A stretch of DNA of 32,000 nucleotides, taken from the NCBI RefSeq assembly GCF_000017305.1, contig NC_009664.2, positions 2,190,001-2,222,000 on the forward strand, read 5' to 3'. Shown in pieces: positions 1 through 6,448 of the stretch (position 1 is the stretch's first letter; every line of letters begins with the position of its first letter). Under the pieces are notes generated by a model. It did no database searches. It was not told the origin of the DNA and worked only from the letters and a program-made list of their open reading frames with translations. This DNA is from Kineococcus radiotolerans SRS30216 = ATCC BAA-149 (GTDB taxonomy: Bacteria > Actinomycetota > Actinomycetes > Actinomycetales > Kineococcaceae). Position numbers and translations under genes: made by a program.

Positions 1-588
1 CGTCCCCGACCCGGCGACGACGGCGTCGACGCGGCGGCGCAGGTCGTGGACCTGCCCGCGCGAGGCCGCCGAGGAGATCCACCGGCTGGTGCCGTCGGCG
101 GCGGCGGAGCGGCCGTCGAGGGTGGCCGCGAACTTCCACAGCACGTGCGGCCGGTGCCGGCGCGCGGAGGTCAGCCACGCCTCGTTCACCCGTTCGGCCT
201 CCTCGGCCAGGACCCCGGCGACGACCTCGACCCCGGCCGCGCGCAGCTCCCGCGCGCCCCCGCCGGCGAGGGCGCCGGGGTCGGCGACGGCGAACACGAC
301 CCGGGCGATCCCCGCGCGCAGCAGCGCCTGCACGCACGGCCCGGTGCGCCCGGTGTGGTTGCAGGGTTCCAGCGTCACGTACGCCGTCCCGCCGCGGGCC
401 CGGTCCCCCGCGGCGGCGAGGGCGTTCACCTCCGCGTGCGGGCCGCCGGCCCGCTCGTGCCAGCCCTCCCCGGCGACCTCGCCGGCGGCGTCGAGGACGA
501 CGCAGCCGACCACGGGGTTCGGGCTGGTGGTCCCCAGACCGCGGGCGGCCAGCGCGACCGCCCGCGCCATGACCTCGCGGTCGGGCAT
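1..588 (-). CDS. ribD: Riboflavin biosynthesis protein RibD (pyrimidine deaminase/uracil reductase); the 3' end runs off the window
   Basis: Absent from the ORF track because it has no stop in the window. Manual reverse translation from ATG 588-586 gives MPDREVMARAVALAARGLGTTSPNPVVGCVVLDAAGEVAGEGWHERAGGPHAEVNA... and later EPCNHTGRTG, which are the RibD deaminase HAE and PCxHxGRTxPC zinc motifs. Its start overlaps the ribA stop (TGATG at 590-586). Confidence 0.85.
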   Translation of the reverse strand, partial: MPDREVMARAVALAARGLGTTSPNPVVGCVVLDAAGEVAGEGWHERAGGPHAEVNALAAAGDRARGGTAYVTLEPCNHTGRTGPCVQALLRAGIARVVFAVADPGALAGGGARELRAAGVEVVAGVLAEEAERVNEAWLTSARRHRPHVLWKFAATLDGRSAAADGTSRWISSAASRGQVHDLRRRVDAVVAGSGT

Positions 589-1208
589 CAGCCGGCCAGG
601 TCGAGGGTGTGCGAGGTGTGGTCGCGCTTGGCCCGCAGGTAGCGGGCGTTGGACGCCGAGAGGTGGACCCCGGTGGGGACGCGGCGCTCCACGGCGATGC
701 CGTGCCGGACGAGCTGCTCGGCCTTGTCGGGGTTGTTGCTGAGCAGGGCGATGCGCTCCACCCCGAGGGCGTCGAGCATCTGCGCGGCCACGGCGTAGTC
801 GCGCTCGTCCTCCCCGCGCCCGAGCGCGAGGTTCGCCTCGTAGGTGTCCAGCCCGCTGTCCTGCAGGGCGTAGGCATCGAGCTTGGCGTACAGGCCGATG
901 CCGCGGCCCTCCTGGCGCAGGTACAGCAGGAACCCGCCGGTGGTGGCGATCCGCTCCACGGCCTCGCGCAGCTGGGGGCCGCAGTCGCAGCGCTCGGAGC
1001 CGAAGACGTCCCCGGTGAGGCACTCGCTGTGGGGACGCACCAGCGGGGTGCTCTGCTGCCGCCAGTCCCCCAGGCCCAGGGCGAGGTGCTCCTTGCCGTC
1101 GACCAGACCGGTGAAGGTGTGCACGCGGGCGGTCGTCCCGTAGCCGTCGGCGAAGCGCAGCGGGACGTCCACGGCGGTGCGCACGGTCGCGAGGGGGGTG
1201 TCGGTCAC
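588..1208 (-). CDS. ribA: GTP cyclohydrolase II (single-domain, not fused to a RibB domain)
   Basis: 206-aa ORF containing RPHSECLTGDVFGSERCDCGPQL, YLRQEGRGIGL and LLSNNPDK, which are classic GCH-II motifs. A GAGGAAA Shine-Dalgarno sequence lies just upstream of the GTG at 1208. Confidence 0.9.
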   Translation of the reverse strand: MTDTPLATVRTAVDVPLRFADGYGTTARVHTFTGLVDGKEHLALGLGDWRQQSTPLVRPHSECLTGDVFGSERCDCGPQLREAVERIATTGGFLLYLRQEGRGIGLYAKLDAYALQDSGLDTYEANLALGRGEDERDYAVAAQMLDALGVERIALLSNNPDKAEQLVRHGIAVERRVPTGVHLSASNARYLRAKRDHTSHTLDLAG

Positions 1209-1345
1209 GGGGTTTCCTCGTCTCGTGTCGGGCGGCGCGCTCGCGGGGACCGCGCCGCCGGTCGGGGAGGTCCTCGGGAGGACGGTCTCACGACCCGCGG
1301 CCCGGGGGCGGCCCCCCGGGTCCCCGCGGCGGGGACCCGCTGCTC
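1209..1345 (-). promoter_or_regulatory. Long GC-rich structured 5' leader of ribA-ribD (possible degenerate or atypical riboswitch or attenuator)
   Basis: About 137 nt lie between the predicted TSS and the ribA start. On the minus strand I see hairpins GGGUCCCCG-CCG-CGGGGACCC, GUCCU-CCCG-AGGAC and GGCGGCGCG-(11 nt)-CGCGCCGCC. The string CCCCGACCGGCGG...CCCCGCGAGCGC resembles part of the FMN (RFN) core, but the P4/P5 half is not recognisable. Confidence 0.3.
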
Positions 1346-1351
1346 CGATCG

Positions 1352-1380
1352 ACAGTAGACCCGTGAACTTGAGCCGTCAA
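1352..1380 (-). promoter_or_regulatory. Sigma70 (HrdB-type) promoter for ribA-ribD
   Basis: The minus strand reads TTGACG (1380-1375), a 17-nt spacer, then TACTGT (1357-1352). It sits in a locally AT-richer patch of the divergent intergenic region. Confidence 0.45.
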
Positions 1381-1455
1381 CGACTCGGTCGGCGAGCGGG
1401 TCCCGCGGGCCGCGGAGACCGAGCGCCGCCGCGGGCCCCGGAGTAGGTTCGGGGG

Positions 1456-2193
1456 GTGGGACTCGACAAGGGCCGCGCGCTGCGGACGATCAGCTACAAC
1501 CTCCACGAGGGTCGGGCGACGGTCGAGCTGGCCGCGCTGGCCTCCGCGCACGAGGTGGACGCGCTGTGCCTGCAGGAGTGCGACACCCGCAGGCTGCCCG
1601 AGACCGTCGGCCCGCTCGTCCTGGCCGGGGCCACCCAGCGCAACCGCCTCGGCCTGGCGCTGTACTACCGGCCCGAGCGGCTGCACGCCCACGGCCACGA
1701 GCTGCGCCCGCTGCGCCGCTCCATGCACGACCGCTTCCTGTCCCCCGCCCACGAGCGGCTGCTCGCCGTGCGCTTCGAGGACCTGCACGACGACGGCGCC
1801 CTGCTGACCCTGGCCTCCATCCACACCGCCCCGCTGTCGGCCACCAACGCGATGCGCCGGCACCAGATCACCGAGGCGCTGGGGGCCATCCGCGCCGCCG
1901 CCCACGGCAGCTCCGCCCTCGTCGTCGGGGACTTCAACTACCCCTGGTTCGCGAGCTCGCTGACCCGGCGGCTGAGCGACCAGGGGTTCCAGGTCTCCCA
2001 CAGCGACCTGCCCACCTACGTGCGCAAGCGCTTCCGGGGGCACTTCGACTTCGCGATCTCCGAGGGCATGGACATCGAGAGCGTGCGGACCCTGGAGCAG
2101 GCCGGCTCCGACCACCTGCCGGTCCTGGTGCAGTCGCGGGTGCGGGCGTTCGTGCCCGCGCGCCTCATGGACCGCGGCTGCGCCGGCGGCTGA
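1456..2193 (+). CDS. Endonuclease/exonuclease/phosphatase (EEP) family protein
   Basis: 245-aa ORF with a GTG start. It has LRTISYNLHEG near the N-terminus, VVGDFNYP and a C-terminal GSDHLPV, matching the EEP catalytic motif pattern. Confidence 0.8.
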   Translation: MGLDKGRALRTISYNLHEGRATVELAALASAHEVDALCLQECDTRRLPETVGPLVLAGATQRNRLGLALYYRPERLHAHGHELRPLRRSMHDRFLSPAHERLLAVRFEDLHDDGALLTLASIHTAPLSATNAMRRHQITEALGAIRAAAHGSSALVVGDFNYPWFASSLTRRLSDQGFQVSHSDLPTYVRKRFRGHFDFAISEGMDIESVRTLEQAGSDHLPVLVQSRVRAFVPARLMDRGCAGG

Positions 2194-2239
2194 ACCGGCC
2201 CGAGGTGTGGGCGGCGCCGGGACGGGGCACGATCGGGGC

Positions 2240-3130
2240 ATGAGCGCTGGCCCCCGCCCGGACGGTCCCCTCGAGGTGGAGGACGCCGAGAACACCTGGC
2301 GCGAGGGCTACCCCTACGACGAGAAGATGACCCGCCGCGAGTACGAGCACCTCAAGCGCGGTCTTCAGGTCGAGCTGCTGAAGATGCAGAACTGGGTGAA
2401 GCAGACCGAGGAGAAGGTGCTGCTCGTCTTCGAGGGCCGGGACGCGGCGGGCAAGGGCGGCACCATCAAGCGGTTCACCGAGAACCTCAACCCGCGCGGG
2501 GCCCGGGTCGTCGCCCTGGACAAGCCCAGCGAGCGCGAGCGGACCCAGTGGTACTTCCAGCGCTACGTGGCGCACCTGCCCAGCGGCGGCGAGATCGTCC
2601 TCTTCGACCGGTCCTGGTACAACCGCGCCGGGGTGGAGCGCGTCATGGGTTTCGCCTCACCCGTGGAGTACCTGGAGTTCATGCGCCAGGTCCCCGAGCT
2701 GGAGCGGATGTGGGTCCGCAGCGGGATCCGGCTGGTGAAGATGTGGTTCTCCGTCTCCGCCGCCGAGCAGCGCACCCGCTTCGCCCAGCGCGCGCAGGAC
2801 CCGGTGCGCCGCTGGAAGCTCTCCCCGATGGACCTGGAGTCCCTGGACCGCTGGGACGACTACACCGAGGCCAAGGAGGCGATGTTCTTCTACACCGACA
2901 CCGCCGACGCGCCGTGGACGACCATCCGCAGCAACGACAAGAAGCGGGCCCGCATCGAGGCCATGCGCCACGTCCTGACGCAGCTGCCCTACACCGGCAA
3001 GGACCTCGACGTGGTCGGCGCCCCCGACCCGCTGATCGTCGGTCTCGGGCCCGCCGCGCAGGTGTTCGAGCAGGGGGAGGACCCCGCCCACGTGTTCCCC
3101 TCGCTGCGCTCGGTGCCGCCCGGTCCCTGA
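2240..3130 (+). CDS. ppk2: Polyphosphate kinase 2 (PPK2, single-domain)
   Basis: Walker A-like FEGRDAAGKGG, then FDRSWYNRAGVERVMGF and RWKLSPMD motifs typical of PPK2. I chose the ATG at 2240; an in-frame GTG at 2207 is an alternative start. Confidence 0.9.
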   Translation: MSAGPRPDGPLEVEDAENTWREGYPYDEKMTRREYEHLKRGLQVELLKMQNWVKQTEEKVLLVFEGRDAAGKGGTIKRFTENLNPRGARVVALDKPSERERTQWYFQRYVAHLPSGGEIVLFDRSWYNRAGVERVMGFASPVEYLEFMRQVPELERMWVRSGIRLVKMWFSVSAAEQRTRFAQRAQDPVRRWKLSPMDLESLDRWDDYTEAKEAMFFYTDTADAPWTTIRSNDKKRARIEAMRHVLTQLPYTGKDLDVVGAPDPLIVGLGPAAQVFEQGEDPAHVFPSLRSVPPGP

Positions 3131-3157
3131 CCGGCGCCTGCGCGCCGCCGTGACAGG

Positions 3158-4444
3158 ATGATCGGCGTGCCGGGACCCGAGGACCTCGACGTCACCGCGG
3201 CGCGGTTGTTCGCCGGTCTGCTGCGCCGGGCCCACCTCTCCCGCCCCTCGGACCTGACCGGCGTGGTGATCGAGGAGGCCCGGGACTGCCTCGGCGCCGA
3301 GGACGTCGTCGTGTCCCTGGTCAACCACGAGTTCACCGCGCTCGTGCCGGTCCCCAGCCGCCTCTCCCCGCCCCGCCCGCCGCAGCCCGTCGACGGCTCG
3401 ATGGCCGGGCGGGCCTTCGCCACCACGAGCACCGTCGACGCCGACGCCGAGACCGAGACCGGCGCCGGGGCGGGGCCCCGGGGAGCGCGGCGCCGGGTGT
3501 GGGTCCCGCTGCTGGACAGCACCGACCGCATCGGGGTGCTGGAGATGACCCTGCCCGCCCCGGGCGGGCAGGTCGGCGAGGACCTCCTGGCGGTCTGCGA
3601 GCGCTACGCGCACCTCGTCGCGCAGACCATCGTCACCAAGGGCCTCTACGGCGACGTCTTCGAGCGGGTGCAGCGCACCCGCCCGATGACCGTCGGCAGC
3701 GAGCTGATGCGCGCGATGCTGCCGCCGCTGCTGTACGCCACCGACGGGCTGGTGGTGGCCGGGATGCTGGAACCGGCCTACGACAACGGCGGCGACGCCT
3801 TCGACTACGCCGTCAACGAGGACCGGGTGCACCTGGCCGTGTTCGACGGCGTGGGCCACGGGCTGAGCGCCTCCACCGTCACCGCCGTCGCGCTCGCCGC
3901 CTACCGCCGCGCCCGCATCGAGGGGGCGCCGCTCGTCGAGGCCCGCGCGGTGATCCACGAGGCGGTCCTCAGCCAGTTCGGCGGGGACCGGCACGTCACC
4001 GCGGTGCTGGCCGAGCTGGACCTGCCCACGGGCCGGCTGTCGTGGGTCAGCGCGGGGCACCCCCCGCCGCTGCTGCTGCGCGGCGCCCGGGTGGTCAAGA
4101 CCCTGGAGGCCGTCCCGTTCTTCCCCCTGGGGTGGGACTTCGGCGGTGAGCCGACCGTCGCCCACGAGCAGCTCGAAGCCGGCGACGCCGTGCTGCTCTA
4201 CACCGACGGGCTCATCGAGGCCCGCGGCACCGACCGCGCCCTGCTGGGCGTCGAGGGCCTGTCCGGTTTCCTGGAGCAGGAGGCCGCCGCCGGCCAGGCG
4301 GCGCCGGAGACGTTGCGGCGCATGCGCCGCGCGGTGCTGCAGCACCAGGACGGGGTGCTGCAGGACGACGCCACCGCCCTGCTGGTGGAGTGGCGCCGCG
4401 GCCGCGAGCACCGCCTGGTGCCCCGGACGGTCCTCCCCGGCTGA
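3158..4444 (+). CDS. GAF-like sensor domain plus PP2C/SpoIIE-family serine phosphatase (RsbU-like)
   Basis: The C-terminal half has GGDAFDY, VFDGVGHGLSAS, SAGHPPPLLLR and LLYTDGLIEAR, which are SpoIIE/PP2C signatures. The N-terminal ~150 aa ends in VPLLDSTDRIGVLEM, which looks GAF-like. Confidence 0.85.
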   Translation: MIGVPGPEDLDVTAARLFAGLLRRAHLSRPSDLTGVVIEEARDCLGAEDVVVSLVNHEFTALVPVPSRLSPPRPPQPVDGSMAGRAFATTSTVDADAETETGAGAGPRGARRRVWVPLLDSTDRIGVLEMTLPAPGGQVGEDLLAVCERYAHLVAQTIVTKGLYGDVFERVQRTRPMTVGSELMRAMLPPLLYATDGLVVAGMLEPAYDNGGDAFDYAVNEDRVHLAVFDGVGHGLSASTVTAVALAAYRRARIEGAPLVEARAVIHEAVLSQFGGDRHVTAVLAELDLPTGRLSWVSAGHPPPLLLRGARVVKTLEAVPFFPLGWDFGGEPTVAHEQLEAGDAVLLYTDGLIEARGTDRALLGVEGLSGFLEQEAAAGQAAPETLRRMRRAVLQHQDGVLQDDATALLVEWRRGREHRLVPRTVLPG

Positions 4445-4488
4445 GCGGCCCGCGCCCCGTCCCCGCCCGCGGGTGAGAAGCTGCTGAG

Positions 4489-5901
4489 GTGTCCTCGCCA
4501 CCGGCCCCGCCCGGGCCGACCGGTGCCTCCCCGGCGCGGTCGGGCCGCCGGGTGCTCCTGCCCCCCGACTCGGGTGCTCCCCGGCGGGCCCGCCGGCTGG
4601 TGCGCGAGGTCCTGGAGGGAGCCGGGCGCGAGGAGTGGGTCGACGCCGCGGAGCTGGCGGTCAGCGAGCTGGTCACCAACGCGGCCCTGCACGCGCGCAC
4701 CGACGTCGAGGTCGACGTCGAGGTGCACCCGGAGCACGTGCGGGTCGAGGTGCGCGACTCCAACCCCTCCCTCCCCTCCCAGCGCCACTACGGCGAGCAG
4801 GCCACGACCGGGCGCGGGATGGCGCTCGTGGCCTCGGTGAGCGCCGACTGCGGCGTCACCGCCCTGCCCGACGGCAAGGTCGTGTGGTTCGAGGTGCGGG
4901 GGCAGCAGGAGGACCCCTCCGAGGAGGACCTGCTCGCGGCCTGGGACGAGGAGCAGTGGGAGGTGCCCGGGGCGGCCGGGGCTCCCGGTGCCGGGACCGC
5001 CCCGCCCGCCGCGCTGTCCACGGTGCGGCTGCTGGGGGTCCCGCCGACGCTGTGGGCGGCCACCCGGCAGCACCACGACGCCGTGCTGCGCGAGCTGGGG
5101 CTCTACCTGACCACCCACGACGGGGTCACCGCCGACCTGGCCGCCGTCGAGGTGGCCCGCCAGTCCTTCTCCAACGCGCTCATCGCCGCGGCGGAGGACG
5201 CCCGCCGCCGCACCCCGGTCACCTCGATCCCCTCGACGGGGCTGCCGACGGCGCTGGAACCGATCGACGTGGAGCTGGACCTGCCTGCGGAGGTCGGCCC
5301 GGCGGCGGCGGCGCTGCAGGACGCCCTCGACACCGCCGAGCGGCTCGCCGCCCGGGGGGAGCTGCTGGCCCTGCCCGGGCAGGCGGAGGTCGTCGCGGTG
5401 CGCGACTGGGTGTGCGACCAGGTCCGGAGCCAGTTGCGGGGCGGGGCCCCCTGGCCGTGGCAGGGGGCGCGGGACGAGCGGTTCGAGACCCCGGCGCCGG
5501 GCACCGGCCCCGCCGCCGTCCCCGACGAGGCGCTCACCGCCGTGCTGGACGAGGCGGCCCGCCGCGGCCGGGGCCTGGTGGCCGTCGACGCCGGCAGCCG
5601 GGTCCTGGCCGTCAGCGCGGGGCTGGCCGCGGCGCTGGGCTGGGCGGTGGACGACCTCGTGGGCCGCCGGGTCGTGGCCATCATCCCGCCGGCGCTGCGC
5701 GAGGCCCACATCGCCGGGTTCAGCCGCCACCTGCACACCGGGGAGTCCCGCGTCCTGGGCAAGCCGCTGGTCCTGCCGGTGCTGCACGCCGACGGCCGGG
5801 AGGTCACCTGCGGGTTGCTCATCGAGCGCCGGCCCACGCCGGCGGGGCGGTGGCTGTACCTGGCCTGGATCGACCCCCCCGGCGACGCGGACCCGGCCTG
5901 A
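4489..5901 (+). CDS. RsbW-like HATPase (anti-sigma-factor-type Ser kinase) fused to a C-terminal PAS domain
   Basis: The N-terminus has ELAVSELVTNAALHA and TGRGMALVASVS (N-box and G-box of HATPase_c_2). The C-terminal ~110 aa (LVAVDAGSRVLAVSAGLAAALGW...GRRVVAIIPP...HADGREVTCGLLIE) is PAS-like. The start is uncertain: GTG 4489 or in-frame GTG 4552. Confidence 0.75.
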   Translation: MSSPPAPPGPTGASPARSGRRVLLPPDSGAPRRARRLVREVLEGAGREEWVDAAELAVSELVTNAALHARTDVEVDVEVHPEHVRVEVRDSNPSLPSQRHYGEQATTGRGMALVASVSADCGVTALPDGKVVWFEVRGQQEDPSEEDLLAAWDEEQWEVPGAAGAPGAGTAPPAALSTVRLLGVPPTLWAATRQHHDAVLRELGLYLTTHDGVTADLAAVEVARQSFSNALIAAAEDARRRTPVTSIPSTGLPTALEPIDVELDLPAEVGPAAAALQDALDTAERLAARGELLALPGQAEVVAVRDWVCDQVRSQLRGGAPWPWQGARDERFETPAPGTGPAAVPDEALTAVLDEAARRGRGLVAVDAGSRVLAVSAGLAAALGWAVDDLVGRRVVAIIPPALREAHIAGFSRHLHTGESRVLGKPLVLPVLHADGREVTCGLLIERRPTPAGRWLYLAWIDPPGDADPA

Positions 5902-5904
5902 CCC

Positions 5905-5941
5905 CGCGGCGGACCCGCCCGCGGCGGACCCGCCCGCGGCG
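5905..5941. repeat. 15-bp tandem direct repeat (2 full copies plus a 7-nt partial copy)
   Basis: CGCGGCGGACCCGCC occurs at 5905-5919 and again at 5920-5934, followed by CGCGGCG. The repeat overlaps the hairpin above. Confidence 0.6.
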
Positions 5942-5952
5942 CGGGGGTCCGC
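5924..5952. terminator. GC-rich hairpin between convergent genes (candidate bidirectional terminator)
   Basis: GCGGACCC (5924-5931) pairs with GGGTCCGC (5945-5952). The hairpin sits exactly between the plus-strand stop at 5901 and the minus-strand stop at 5954. There is no U-tract. Confidence 0.4.
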
Positions 5953-5953
5953 G

Positions 5954-6388
5954 TCACCCCAGCGCGCCCGCGGCACCCCCGAGGGTGAGCGCGGCCCCGG
6001 CCAGCCGCACCGCGTCGGCGCGCACCAGGCGCGCCAGCAGCTCCGGGCGCGGGCCCAGCCGCCCGAGGCGGGCGTGGGTGGGGGCCGCGGAGAACGCCGT
6101 CGCGGCGCCGGTGAGGACGCTGCCGGCGAGGGCGACCCCGAGCCAGGGCGAGAGGGGCAGGGTCGCCAGCGCCCACCCCCACGCCGCGACCACCGACCCG
6201 TAGACCACCGCCACGACGCGGGTGATGCGGCGGGAGTGGGCGGCGTGCACCGCGGCCCAGTCCCGCGCGGGCGTCGCGACGAGCGCGGGGTAGACGACGG
6301 CGGTCACCACCGCCTGGAACCCGGCGTGCAGGGCGGCGGCGGCGAGCAGGGCGTGGGTGGCGTCGATGCGGCCATCCTCCCCCCGCAC
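5954..6388 (-). CDS. Small hydrophobic integral membrane protein (about 4 predicted helices; DUF1772-like is a guess)
   Basis: 144-aa ORF with hydrophobic segments such as LLAAAALHAGFQAVVTAVVYPALV, VVAVVYGSVVAAWGWALA and WLGVALAGSVLTGAATAF. The GTG start at 6388 lacks a clear RBS, so the start is uncertain. Confidence 0.5.
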   Translation of the reverse strand: MRGEDGRIDATHALLAAAALHAGFQAVVTAVVYPALVATPARDWAAVHAAHSRRITRVVAVVYGSVVAAWGWALATLPLSPWLGVALAGSVLTGAATAFSAAPTHARLGRLGPRPELLARLVRADAVRLAGAALTLGGAAGALG

Positions 6389-6403
6389 GCCACCGACCCG
6401 CCA

Positions 6404-6436
6404 GGGCGGTCGAGGACCCGGGGTCCTCGACCGCCC
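6404..6436 (-). terminator. Perfect long inverted repeat, candidate terminator after the rhamnosidase operon
   Basis: GGGCGGTCGAGGACCC-G-GGGTCCTCGACCGCCC has 16-nt arms and begins 13 nt downstream of the GH78 stop at 6449. There is no U-tract, which is the I-shaped type common in high-GC genomes. Confidence 0.6.
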
Positions 6437-6448
6437 CGAGCGGGACGG

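Noticed and set aside
46-742. Plus-strand ORFs 46-642 and 89-742
   Set aside because: They are shadows of ribD/ribA. The minus strand encodes textbook RibD and GCH-II motifs.
1209-1345. Canonical FMN (RFN) riboswitch upstream of ribA
   Set aside because: Only the ACCGGCGG...CCCGCGAGCGC portion is recognisable. The conserved 3' half (GAUCCGGUG..CCGGAGCCGACGGU..AGUCCGGAUG) is missing and there is not enough room for it before the RBS. I kept it as a low-confidence structured leader rather than calling an ncRNA.
5905-5941. CRISPR-like or other repeat arrays (5905-5941, 25998-26023, 15633-15968)
   Set aside because: These are only two-copy tandem repeats with no spacers. The 168-bp repeat is coding. 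No cas genes are present.
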